This document shows positions 12,633-25,859 of a DNA stretch of 64,000 nucleotides, piece by piece (position 1 is the stretch's first letter; the number at the start of each line of letters is the position of its first letter). The stretch comes from Octopus vulgaris (taxonomy: Eukaryota): NCBI GenBank assembly GCA_951406725.2, contig OX597822.1, positions 75,082,001-75,146,000 on the forward strand. Direction: 5' to 3'. A model generated the notes under the pieces. It worked only from the letters and a program-made list of their open reading frames with translations. It had not been told where the DNA came from and ran no database searches. Made by a program: the position numbers and the translations under genes.

Positions 12633-15600
12633 AATTGTGCCACACCAAAACCAAACCCAGAGTCGGATTTACGGTTTAAATTGGATTTGGTACTAACATA
12701 TCTCCAGCATCCAGTCAGATGCCTTTAATGCTGTTTACTTCCATATGACCGCTTTGTTATTTTACCTAGCCATTTCCCACGTCCTTCATGTTGATGTGCC
12801 TTGATTCTAATAAATCGATATGACCAAATTATATATGCGCATATACATATACGTATCTCCGAAATGAAAATGCTTATAAAGACTTTTCAGACGTCAGACG
12901 TCCATATATCAGTCTGGTAACTGACAGCTACAATATCATTTATTTACTTCCTCTCTCACACTAATTCTCTCAAACAGTTATCTACAGACTAACAGATTCC
13001 TGTAAAAGTTTCAACTTTGTAAACCAATATATTTCTTACAATTCTATTATTTCCTGTTAAAACTATGTAAACAAATACCTGAATAAAAATGTTATTACAA
13101 ATGGACCGGCGCATGCGCGTGTGAATGTATGTATGATGAACTCCGTTGTGTTAAGGAATCTAATATTACTTTTTGTATTTGGTGTAAATTTTAATTTTGC
13201 GCCTAATGTATTCTATTTGTATGCGAAGCTTCTGAAATACAATCGTTTTATTTGATCTTCAATGTCTTCTGAGAAATTCTAGTATATTATGTTACCGTTT
13301 AATTTGATGTTTGAATGGGCAATAAGACACCATTTTCTTTTAGTAAATGTTGACGCAGAAATAGTTACAATATCCAACGTCACTTGTACTTGTACAGAAG
13401 GTCAAGAAGCTTAACATTAACTGCAACAATGTAAATTAATATCATGCAAACATAAAAAGTGTGATGCCAACAACAAAATCACTTGGTAAGAAACGAGTGT
13501 TTGCTAAGTCTACAATACTCAGGACGAGTCTTAGTATGAGCTCAGAGAAGATAACAGAAACCTCTCTCTTCTCCCTCCCTCCCCTCTCTGTCTCTCTATC
13601 TCTCTGTCTCTGTCATTCTGTACATCATTCACTCCCTCCATTAAAATCGACGTCTGTCTGTCTGTCTGTCTGTCTCTGTCTCTGTCTCTCCCTCTCTCTC
13701 TCTCTCTACCTCTGGCATCACAGAAATTCTGTCAATAGAAGCGAGGCTAGTACGGGATTTCAGATTGAAAGCATTACGTAGCTCCGGGTCAGCTCTGGGT
13801 TTAAAGCGGTTTGATACGGTCACCATTTATGCTTTATTTCCCAAACATAGTATATGTAAGATTACATACATTATGTAAGACAGTATGATGTGATTTGGTG
13901 GAGGTTTGCATGCTGTATCTCTGAAGTCAAGCAACTGCATTGACACTATTTCGTTGGTCCTGACATTCTGTTGTTAAGAAAATGCGAAAACAAAAGATTG
14001 TATATAGCCTCATTAACATAACTACGTCTTTAATCTGGAGAAGGAAAAATGTTGCATTGGAAGCCATCACTGTTGTTTAACGCTGGTAATCTTGATCGAC
14101 ATGGATTTTTTTTTTTGCTTTGTTTTTTACGTGCGTAAAAAGACCAGTTGCTTTGAAAAAATCATTTCACAGTTCTTCTTGAACATTGATTCGAATTTAT
14201 TGCTGATCTTTTGTAAAAAGAAAATTTTGAACTCCACAGAATTTTTGACAGGAATTAAAACGTTGCAGATTATTTTATTATTAGTACAGCCATTAAGAAC
14301 TGCCTCAAGTGGTGAAGGCAAGAATACAATAATACAATGGATACTCAACTGTGGTGTGCGAAGTTCTCTGCATGCTTCTGAGTAATACTCATTATTCATG
14401 ATGCTGAATGAATCTATCAAGTAAGCTGCAAGTAGGTGTCAAGTCGTGCGTCACTACTGAACAAAGTCTCGAGTTACGCTTGTTTTGTATTGCTGAGTTC
14501 CGCTCTACCGAACTACAGCTTGAATGTCTATGCACCCACTTAACATAAGAGCAACCTTTATCGCCGACCCTCAGATGCCAAAATGGACGAAGATTCAATG
14601 TGTATAAGAGACTCAGTCCTAAGAATCAGGAAATCACTCGCTAATAGCACGCAAGATCATCTGTCCATTTTTCTCTTGAGCCCTAGGAATCATAAGGACG
14701 GTTACCCGGCTCCCATGGCGTATAAGTGGTCAAGATCACAACGCTCATCATGAAGAAGACGCCCGTCCATTACAGTGTTCAAGGCTAGCGATTTTGAGAA
14801 GAGTGGACAAGTCCATTATATTAACCCCAGTATTTAACTGATAATTATCTAAGTTGACACCCGAAGGGATGAAAGCAAAGTTTAACATGTCAGATTCGAA
14901 TTAAAAACCTAAAGAGCTAGAAATACTGCTAAGCATTCTGCTCGACGTACTGACGATTTTGCTAGCTCGCGGCATTCATTTCACTGTTTAAATTTCCTGT
15001 ATCTGCTGCTGTTACTAAGACCTCACCCAGAAGTTTTATCTCATTAATACTTCATGGTTTCCACACTGCTGTCTAGCTGTGACCGACATGTTTTAAATTT
15101 CTCTTACCGCTACGTTTTCATACGACCTTTGCTCAGTTCTATTTCAAATCGTTTCATCCTTTTCCTTACTTCATGAATAACGTCTCTTGTTCGATATGTC
15201 GAAAATAAGTGTGTTTTATAAATTGCTTTGGTAATTCTTGTGACTTGCGTGTGGCACAACAACAGATGCGACATGTATGTCGTTAAGTACAGGGATTCAT
15301 TGATATTATTGTTCCATCACGATGTCTTTCGGACACAAATTAGTCTTTCTAAAAGAATTATTATTCTAATTTTGATACAAGGGCAGAACTTTTGAGGGGA
15401 GGAGATAAGTCGATTACACCGGCTAACACTTTATTTTATCGACCCCTAAAAAAAAAGGATGAAAGATAAAGCTAACCTCGATGGTATTTGAACTCAAATG
15501 GTAAAGAATCGAAAGAAAGTGCTGCTAAACTCTAACGAGATAACTCACTGCCTTCTTTCAGGGACAATACTAGTTCGAGTAATAATAAGTCAAAACTACA

Positions 15601-16542
15601 AATAACACCAAGAAGATTCGTTTGCTATCTTTACTACTGCTACATTTTTTTGTGCAAGTCTGGAAAACAAACGATATTATTCAACTAAATCGACTTCAGA
15701 ATTCCCGATAAGTGAAAGGAAAAGTTAATCCCAGCGATATTTCGACACAGAACATAAAAGGCCGGAACTAAATACCACAAGACATTTTGTCCCACTATCG
15801 TGGACGTTTGGTTCTTAAAAAGAGAAACAAACAAAAACAAGGCGAACACCATGTTAATTGAATCCGTGATAAATGAATAATAGACCACATGAGTAAAATG
15901 GGTTTCGTTCCGAGACACCAAGTTGTCCTGAGCAGTGTGGATGATCGATGGGGCCGGCTTTTGGTGTCCAAGTAAAATCTTTGACTGATCGACAACCTGC
16001 GATGTCATAGAACAATCCGTGATAAACGGGACGCTGTTCGCAATGAGTATGTCCTGGTATCCTGAATCAGTGTTGAATAAATCAGTGATAAACGAGGATA
16101 ATGAAAACATTTGCAATTCTAGATACTTTAGGAAAATTTTTCTCAGCTTAAAAATTTTTTTTTGCCATTGTTGAAAAATGACCAAGTTATAGAGAGAAAA
16201 GGCCAAAACAAAAAAAAAACCCATAATAATAAAAATAAAAAATAAAATAAAACTAAAAAAAAAGAAAGGAAGAAAAATCAATAATATTTATTTGTTCATT
16301 CTTTAAGAATATATACTTTTGCTTTTTTTCCGATCATTTTGAAAATGCTTGCTTAAAAGAATTATTTCCTTTAAACACTAACTGCCACATCATAATGTTT
16401 TGTACCGGAAGTTTACGAATGAATGGCGATCAAAGCATTGCAAATCACCAGACGTATGTTTATTATCATTTTTATTGCTGTTGTTATTTAAAACAACAAT
16501 GAAATAACATTAAAAAAAAGATACATACAAATAAAAGAAATT

Positions 16543-16625
16543 CTTCTTCTAATTCTTCTTCTTCTTCTTCTTCTTCTTCTTCTTCTTCTTCTTCTTCTTC
16601 TTCTTCTTCTTCTTCTTCTTCTTCT
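16543..16625. repeat. (CTT)n microsatellite
   Basis: Directly visible. Confidence 0.95.
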
Positions 16626-16626
16626 C

Positions 16627-16810
16627 GACGGACAAAATGATTAGCAGTATTTCATCTGTCTTTAAGTTCTGAGCTCAAATTCCGTCGAGGTCAACTTTGC
16701 TTTTCACCCTTTCATGATCGATTAAATAAGTACCAGTTACGCACTGGGGTCGAAGTAATCGACTTAATAGCTTCCTCCAAATTTGAGGCCTTGTGCTTCA
16801 AGTAGAAAGG

Positions 16811-16879
<69 letters not shown>

Positions 16880-17554
16880 TTACGACGTACTTATTTCTAG
16901 GCGCCGAGCTGGAAGAATCGTTTGCACGCCGGGCGAAATGCTTAGCGGTATTTCGTCTGTTACGTTCTGAGTTCAAATTCCGCCAAGGTCGACTTTGCCT
17001 TTCATCCTTTCGGGGGTCGATAAATTAAGTACCAGTTACGCACTGGGGTCGATGTAATCGACTTAATCCGTTTGTCTGTCCTTGTTTGTCCTCTCTGTGT
17101 TTAGCCCCTTGTGAGTAGTAAAGAAATATGTATTTTCCTCCGCCCTAACGTTCTGAGTTCAAATTCCGCTGAGGTCGATTCTGCCTTTCATCCTTTCGGG
17201 GTTGATAAATTAAGTACCAGTTACGCATTGAGGTCGGTTTAATCGACTTAATCTCATTGTCTGTCCTTGTTTGTTCCCTCTATGTTTAGCCCCTTGTGGG
17301 CAATAAGGAAATAAGAATCCTTAGCATGCCGGACTAAATGCTTAGCGGTATTTCGCCCGCCGCTACGTTCTGCGTTCAAATTCCGCCGAGGCCGACTTTG
17401 CTTTGATCCTTTCGGGGTCGATTAAATAAGTACGAGTTGAATACAGGGGTCGATGTTATTGACTAAGCCCCGCCACCGAATATCAGGCTTTGTGCCTACG
17501 GTAGAAAGGATTATTATTATTATCATCATCATCATCATCATCATCATCACCATC

Positions 17555-17637
<83 letters not shown>

Positions 17638-17853
17638 GGTGGTGAGCTGGTAGAATCGTTAGGACGCCGGTCAACATGCTTAGCGGCGTTTCGTCCGTCT
17701 TTCGCGTTTTGTGTTCAAACGCCGTCGAGGTCGATTTGCTTTTCATCCTTTCGGGGTCGATAAATTAAGCATCAGTAAAACACTGGGGTCGATATAATCG
17801 ACTAGTCCTCTCCTCACCCAAAATGTCAGGCCTTGTGCCTTTAGTAAGAAGGA
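16627..17853 (+). mobile_element. Cluster of about five family B SINE units (Nin-domain-like) separated by (TTA)n
   Basis: Repeated core GAGTTCAAATTCCGCCGAGGTCGACTTTGCCTTTCATCCTTTCGGGGTCGATAAATTAAGTACCAG; CCTTTCATCCTT..GGGGTCGATAAA resembles the Nin domain. Confidence 0.9.
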
Positions 17854-17985
17854 TTTTTATTATTGTTTTACATCTCAGAGCGTTGGGTCTTGTTTGATCT
17901 GGTAGAATCTGTGAGAGCAGACAGCAGGCTACTGTCAGAGGTCTCACAGGATCTCTTTCCGCACATTATAAAATTTGGTACTTGG

Positions 17986-18060
<75 letters not shown>

Positions 18061-18062
<2 letters not shown>

Positions 18063-18580
18063 TGAGTGAGAGTGCAGTGCATGCCATCAAAGTGACACGG
18101 GTAAAATATACAAAGCCCAGTATGCACATCATGACTACCCGTCTGATAAGGGTACACTAGGCACATGCGTCAACATAAACAGCACATGACCTTGCAGGTG
18201 GGGCCCAGTTAGAATTTTCTTCTGGTCGAGTAACCCATCCCGCTCATAAGGTCCCTGAATAAGGGTTGTTTAAGGATGTTGAACGAAACACCCATGTTTC
18301 CAGAGATGAATTATTCAAACCCCAAAGAATCCCTATCAACACATGGCTATAATGCTCCCCCACTACTTCTGCTCGTGATCAGAGATACACATATCGTCAG
18401 CCACTAAGGGACATACTCAATTGGTTATGGTCAAACAACTGACAAGCGAATCTGTGGTATTGAGCAGAATATTTGCTGTAGCCCATCTTTTATACCAAGA
18501 CAACAGTGTACGGGATAACACTTCCGATCAGTTAAGATCAAGAGCCATGAGAGCCACTGTCTGGTACTGCATCAGGGCAT
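18061..18580 (-). mobile_element. Non-coding repeat of about 520 bp (family D) embedded in (TAA)n
   Basis: Reverse-complement copy at 28580-29120; both copies adjoin TAA/TTA arrays; orientation assigned by inference. Confidence 0.85.
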
Positions 18581-18589
18581 TACTATTAC

Positions 18590-18691
<102 letters not shown>

Positions 18692-19027
18692 TATTATCAT
18701 CATTTCATTATATGTAAACCCCCACATTTTATGCCTGTCTTTGTACTACACCCTCATCCTTCACCCTTGTGGCAAATAAATGAAGTCAGTATTGCTGTTG
18801 TTGTTGTTATTATCATTATTATATTATTACTCGTGGTTTGAGAAATACAGCAAAAGATCCCTATCTTAAAACAAGAATTATATGTGCACTAAAGAACAAG
18901 CTTAAAATGTATGAGCGGTCAAATTTCAAGACTTCTATAATGGGCGCGAAAATAATTAAACATGTATATTCCACGTAACTTCTTCCTTGTTCCTCGATTT
19001 AAAATCCGAGCTTCTAAACTTGCCAAA

Positions 19028-19221
19028 TTTACTCTTTTACTCTTTTATTTGTTTCAGTCATTTGACAGCGGCAATGCTGGAGCACCGCCTTTAGTCGAGC
19101 AAACCGACCCCAGCTCTTATTTTTTCGTAGGTCTAGTACTTATTCTATCTATCTCTTTTGCCGAACCGCTAAGTTACGAGGACGTAAACACACCGATATC
19201 GGTTGTCAAGCGATGTTGGGG

Positions 19222-19259
<38 letters not shown>

Positions 19260-19430
19260 CGCATACATACATAAATACGACGGGCTTCTTTCAGTTTCCG
19301 CCTACCAAATCCACTCACAAGGCTTTGGTCGGCCCGCTGCTATAGTAGAAGACACTTGCCCAAGGTGCCACGCTGTGGGACTGAACTTGGAACCATGTGG
19401 TTAGTAAGCAAGCTACTTACCACACAGCCA
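19028..19430 (-). mobile_element. SINE family A
   Basis: Consensus match with internal (CA)n. Confidence 0.9.
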
Positions 19431-19605
19431 GTTCTCCTTTACATTTGAGAGCGGCCATTCTAAGAAATCATAATAAAAGGTTTTAGCAGAGCAAATCGAC
19501 ACCATTACTTAACTTTTTAAAGTTTCATATCGGTTTCTTTTGCCGAACTGCTAGGTTACGGCGACATGAACAAACCTGCACTTGTTGTCAAGCAGTCGTT
19601 GGGGT

Positions 19606-19892
19606 GACACACACACACACGCACACATACACACACACACACACACGCACACACACACTCACACACTCACAAACACACACGCACACACACACGTGCACAC
19701 ACACACATGCACATCAACACCCGCACAGACACACACACATGTACACATGCACACACACACATGCACACACACACATATGCACACACATACATACACACAC
19801 ACACGCACACACACATACATACACATACGCACACACGTACACACACACACGCACACACACACGCACAGAAACACGCACGCACGCACACACAC
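19606..19892. repeat. Degenerate (CA)n microsatellite
   Basis: Directly visible. Confidence 0.95.
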
Positions 19893-20231
19893 ATATGATG
19901 GGCCTGGTTTCGATTTAATCGATTTACCCCCTCCCCCGTACTTACTATCCTTGTATCAAAATTTGAAATCGATATCTCTAACGGTGATTGTTCCTTACTC
20001 TGTTACAATTATTGATCCTACTGTTACCCCGATAATTCAGACTAGAGACAGTTTCTTTTATTTGTATATTGGAAGTCCATTTGGCGGAAATATTACCTGT
20101 GCAAAGGTATGTCTTTATAGGTTTACACCATGCCTCACTCGTATGCCATCATAATTTTCATGCTTGCTGCTACTTTAAGTTTAACCTTCAGCTGATTGAT
20201 GTCTAATCTAATTTCTTATGAGAATTTGTTT

Positions 20232-20361
20232 TACATTATCTACATTTGACGGATATTTGTCCTCATCTTGTTTGTTGTTAACACAATGTTTCGGCTGATA
20301 TACCCTCCAGCCTTCATCAGGTGTCTTGCGGAAATTTCGAACCTGGGTTCTCATTTTTCGA

Positions 20362-20403
<42 letters not shown>

Positions 20404-20545
20404 TATTCAGGTCACTGTCTGGAATCGAGCTCGGAATCGTGGGGTTAGTAGCCCGCGCTCTTAACCACTTAACAAGATGAAGACAAAATATCCGTCAAAT
20501 GTAAATAATGTACTTAATTCCCCATCTCTTAAATATAGAACTATA
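20232..20545 (-). mobile_element. tRNA-head plus hammerhead element (family H) with inverted tail and TSD
   Basis: tRNA-like head 20469-20407, (AAT)n, hammerhead 20325-20280, inverted tail 20470-20543, flanking direct repeats TCTTAT(G/C)AGAATTTGTTTTA. Confidence 0.75.
20280..20325 (-). ncRNA. Minimal type I hammerhead ribozyme motif
   Basis: GACAC-CTGATGA-A-GGCTG(loop)CAGCC-GAAA-CA-TT-GTGTT; stem I GACAC/GTGTT, stem II 5 bp. Confidence 0.75.
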
Positions 20546-21840
20546 TTATCTTATCAGAATTTGTTTTATTTCAGATATAATCGATTTGCCATCTTTTCTT
20601 CACGATCATAGTCAACAAGGGAAAGTAAGACGTTTTTGTGAGTTGCAAAGGTGGTGTTAATAACTGCCATTTGATATAGTTTCCTGACGTTCAATACTCC
20701 TTTTATAATGGTTTACAATTGTTGCCTATCAAACTTAATGTGCAATAGTAGCATTTTTCTTTTTCTTTTTTTTTCTTCTCCTAAGTATATTTTTCGTATT
20801 ATATTCTATGAAATTTATAGTTTAGTTACGCTTCGAAAGCGGGCACTGCAAATGTGTTAAAAATACAATAATCTTTAGTTAATTATTTGTGGTCAGTCAT
20901 TAATATTATCCAAACGTGTTGCCCTTGTTGCGAAATAAAGTAAATATTATTACTCGGGTATAGTTTTTGCTTGACTGGAATGGAACCCTGTCAAAGTAAG
21001 CTTTAAAGAAATGCACACATAGCAGCCATCTTGCTTCAGCAGCTGTCGTCTGCCACGAACCAATTTGAAAATAGTTGCCTTTCAAGCATTAGTGTCTTGT
21101 TTTACAAGACATGCTATTCCGATTTTAACACGTTCATCCATAACATACGGATGTTGATAAAACAAAATCAAAACATAACAGATCGCAAAAGCAATAAATA
21201 AATAAACAAATATGAGAGAAAATAGGAGAGAAAATAGAAGAAATCAACAAAGGAATTATCAGACTAACATCGTATCGCGAGCGTAAGAAGAAAATATTTT
21301 TTTAAGCAAATATTTTTATTTTCTGATATAGTTGTACTTGTTGCTATCGTTGTTGTTTCATCATGTTTGCTTTTTTTTATTCATTTATTCATTACGTTGT
21401 ATTGTTATTGGTTCAGCCGTAATAATTTGTTATTGCAAATGGCGGTGATTCACTGCGGTTCGTTCGTGCTATAGTTGTCATCTTTGACGGACGTTTCTTT
21501 TTCTTTGTGGGGGGTATTTGCTTTATAGTCTGTATGTACTTTGATGTTGCTTTTCTTAGCATTGTTACTCTTGTTATTACTATCGTTGTTGTTGATGATG
21601 ATGATGATGAAGAGGTTTGGAGGAGGTGGTGTAATAATTCTACAAGTTTTCTGTTTACGCTTCGCTGCATTTTACCCGGACAGGAAAAAAAACTGAGATG
21701 AAATATTTTAAGCAAAATAAATAAACAAATATAATAAAACTATGCTTGAACGAAAGTATCAACACCGTTCTGGTTAGATAGAAATCGAACTATTGTAATT
21801 ACTATGAGTTAGTATGGAAAATGTTTGAATCAGGAGATAG

Positions 21841-21901
<61 letters not shown>

Positions 21902-21919
21902 TAATAATGATAATAATCA

Positions 21920-24275
21920 TTTCATTTATTGGCCATTGGGGCCGGCACATAGGGGACAATACAGTAGACGGGGACAGTGGTGGTTTTACAGAAAACAACG
22001 AGTAAAAACTTAGGAAAGTAATAACAATAAACATTAAACAAGAAAAAAATATAACAATGAGATTTCCCTAATAGGGGGCGAGTATGACCACCCAGGGTCG
22101 GTTCAGGTACCCCACCAATCCTGAACCACCTGATGCTTCGAGGGTACTCGGGAAGGGTACGCCTCTTTTCCTCAAATTCATCAGCCTACAGGCGCATTAT
22201 TTTCTCCACATTCACCCACCTTTCAGCAGGGGTGGGGCAGGCATCACTTCTCTCTCCACCCTCATCTTTCTTTCCAAGTGAAATTTGAAAAATGGATTGG
22301 CCAAAGAGAAAAGTGTCTCTCTTCAGTCCTTTCAACCTGGTCCACCATACAACCATTTTCGCCTCTACTACTACCAGTTAGAGGAAAATTACCTGCTCTT
22401 CTTAGCCAAAAGAAAGTGGCAGGTCAGTCTTCACTATGAACTCGGCCGATAGCCGGATCCGTCCTTCACGCGACAACAACTGTTCGACCTAGCTCCACAA
22501 GTCAGTAATGCATGGACACTGGACGAATGCGTGCACTCCGGTTTCATCGCTCTGCGCGCATCTCGGGCAGGTCTGTCTGACATCACTTCTGTGCCTACAG
22601 AGTTTATCTCGAACCGGCAGTGTCCCCTGGTAGCACTGCTAAGCAAGGAATTTCTGGAAGTTATCCATCGTCCCAAGCTCAAAAGTCCTCCTGGACAGAC
22701 TGGTCAGTTCAACTTCGTCGACGTCCAGCGCCTATCCGAGTGCGTCATCACACTTTCCTTCCACTAGCCCTCTACAGCACTCAAGAGTGGATGTTCCACT
22801 GACCGATTTTCTTGTCTGGTAGAGGACAGTGAGTGCAACATTACAGATGCCACTCTACCTGTCTGGAACTCTTCTTGACCCAGGACTGCTGCTCAGTCAA
22901 AGGGACGAGCTGTGGAAGGGCTTGTTTGGCAAACGGCATTCACAACTGTTCACCGTTTAGGCAGAATATCTGAAGATGCCGCGACCTCAGCGCATGTCTA
23001 CGCATCATTAGCCACAGTATGCCCAGCCCTCCACGTAGAGGGTGCTGGCAGCAGGTGGACCACATCACCAACGGAACTTGTCTCCTTCACAAGAATTTAA
23101 AGAGGAAGTGCTCCAACTTGACGAGGCGCGAACGGGAGCAAGGCACGACGGTCAATCGGTAGTGGATGACGGACGCAATGTACGCATTCGCCACCTCCAC
23201 CCGACCTTTCAGTGACAGCTTTTTCTCAGCCCATTTCTGGGTGAGACTGGCTACTTTGTCCGTCATCTCGTCCCAATTTTTATCCACCTGGAGGTCTCGT
23301 CCGAACTAAACCCAAAGCAATTTTACTGGGATGTCCGTCCAGCGCCAAACGATGGTGTTAGAGGGCATGGATTTGCTTCTCCAGGTGCCGAGTTACAAGC
23401 CCACCGACTTATCCGGGTTAAGTATTGCTCCTGTCATCTATCTATCTATCATATTCTGCCAATTATGTGCCGACCACCCCGATTTCTGAGGTGTTCGACA
23501 CCATCACGGTGATGTCGTCCGCATAAGCCGACACAGCGGTTCGGGCGGGATGCCCTACTGTAGCTCCAGCTTCTGCAGTAAAGGCTCGAGAGTCAATACA
23601 TACTGTAGGGACAACAAGAACAGCCGACAAGAACACTCTAAATTTCGACTGATGTTATCTGCCTTTCGCAGCACCCAGCGTCGGCCGTCGAGGTGGGGAC
23701 TGAAGTCCGATACTGTCTTTGACCCGCCACTCCCTCCCTACAACTGAACAAAGCACTGGCAAAAGGCCTCACACATCTGCCTCGAATTGCTCGGCTCGCG
23801 TCCGTCTCGATTCATCAAAGATCAAATAGTGGTTTTGTTACCACGCTGCACCTCCGCCACACGGACCCATCGAACAGCTTTGGTTCCCTCGTTTCTAAGA
23901 GCATGCGCCTTAGCTCTGACAATGCAACCTTCATGTTTCGTATTGAAGAACTGGTCTAATGCCATTCTCGATGCTAGCACACCGGCTGCAATGCCACTAC
24001 AAATAACCTCGTCTTGTTTAGCTACTAACCCCTCCTCCTCCTCTCTATTTTTTCCTAACGCTACTTCTTTGCTAAACTCTATCGATATTAATCTAATCTC
24101 TCTTTTGAGAGCCGCCCACCATTTGTTGGTGACGACTCCCGTTAACTTTTGCTTGACTAAATTGTTGACCCGGTCCCTGTAAGCCTTACGTGCCGGAAAC
24201 GACATGTTCAGCTTCCAGTACCCGAGACCTAATCTACGTGTCTTATCTAGGTCAAGCGTACATATTACTAACTTG
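21920..24275 (-). mobile_element. Tx1/L1-clade LINE ORF2 remnant
   Basis: GLGYWKLN, LYVLTLEPLLQKL, VSAYADDI, WAEKKLSLKGRVEVANAYIASVIHY; 3' AATAAA followed by (ATT)n. Confidence 0.85.
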
Positions 24276-24319
24276 TGAACAGAAGAGGCGACCGTTTTGA
24301 GAATTGGACATCCTACACA

Positions 24320-24385
<66 letters not shown>

Positions 24386-24429
24386 TTCTCTCTCTCTCTC
24401 ATTCTCTCTCTCTCAATATATATATATAT

Positions 24430-24836
24430 ACTCCTTTACTTGCTTCAGTCATTTGACAGCGGCCATGCTGGGGCACCGCTTTTTTGCAAATTGACTCCAG
24501 ATCTGTTTTGCCGAACTGCTAAGCTACGGGGACGTAAACACACCAACATCGGTTGTCAGCGATGTTGGGTGGACAAAGACAGACATAGAAACATACATAC
24601 ATACATACATACATACATACATACATACATACATACATACATACATACATACATACATACATGCATACATATATACGACGGGATTGTTTCAGTTTCCGTC
24701 TACCAAATCCACTCACAAGGCTTTGGTCGGCTCGAGGCTATAGTAGAAGACACTTGCCCGAGGTGCCACGCAGTTAGACTGAACCCGGAACAATATGGCT
24801 GGTAAGCAAGCTACCTACCACACACCCACTCATGCG

Positions 24837-24839
<3 letters not shown>
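24430..24839 (-). mobile_element. SINE family A
   Basis: Consensus match with internal (TACA)n. Confidence 0.9.
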
Positions 24840-24886
<47 letters not shown>

Positions 24887-24889
24887 ACA

Positions 24890-25305
24890 TATCGGACTTC
24901 TTCCCTCAACAGCTGTAAACAGCAGCATACCATTTGAGAGGTTGATCAAGTCAGAGATGGCCTCTATGATATCATTGTATGTCTGGATTGATAGTTCCAT
25001 TTCCTGCACCTGACCAATTTTTCTTTTCCAGACTGTTAGACTTGCTGTATAACATGGCTGTTACAAACAAGGAAATATCTTATTATGGTGGTACATCAGC
25101 CACCTTTATTTTTATCACTCTTCGAAAGAGGCATGTGGGAATCAGCAGCAGCTCGTCACGCTTTGACATTATTGTTGAATTTTCTCCGCTTCCTCGGTTA
25201 GAATCCTCACCTAAATTGCGCCAGGCTTTTTAAAGCTTTAGACTGACTTAAGGCTCTTCACAATCTGGGCATGCGTCGCTCGCTCAAGCGGCCTCGTTTT
25301 CAGTC
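24890..25305 (-). mobile_element. Possible 5' end/ORF1 of the Tx1-like LINE
   Basis: Complex sequence colinear with and upstream of ORF2, bounded by (TAA)n; no diagnostic motif. Confidence 0.3.
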
Positions 25306-25306
25306 C

Positions 25307-25378
<72 letters not shown>

Positions 25379-25855
25379 TCCTCCTCTTTGATATGACTGT
25401 CCCAATCGATATAAACGTATCTGTCAAGACCTACCAAAAACTGAGCAAATATAAAGATCTTGAAATAGAAATTAGCAAAATGTGGAACCTGAAGACTAAA
25501 ACAATACCTGTTGTCATAGGTGCCCTGGGAATGATAGCAAAAGGGGCTAATTGCTACCAAGCTCAGATACCAGGAAACCCCAAAATGGCAGGAATTAAAA
25601 AGATAGTACTTATGGGAACTGCCCATATCCTACGCAAAATACTTTCTATGTAATCTCAAGTTTTAAAACAAACATAATTTTCTTATGGTTTCTTATACAT
25701 TCTCTAGAACAACACTAGGTACAAAACGAAATATATGGCACCCTAGGCATAACACCATGAACTTCCAGCTTGTTGTCTCTAGAGGTCTCTGGGTGAGACT
25801 TGGAGCCAACTTGTACAAATGTAAAGCAAAAGTCAAACATAAAAAAAATAATAAT
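25379..25855 (+). mobile_element. Dong/R4-clade non-LTR retrotransposon 3' end (restriction-like endonuclease C-terminus plus 3' UTR)
   Basis: DMTVP.D.NV..K...K..KYKDL..EI.KMW......IPVVIGALG...GTAHILRK; flanked by (TAA)n on the 5' side and AATAATAAT on the 3' side. Confidence 0.85.
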
Positions 25856-25859
25856 GGCT

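Noticed and set aside
20407-20469. Functional tRNA gene with ACT anticodon
   Set aside because: 5' acceptor strand truncated and T-arm imperfect; treated as a SINE head
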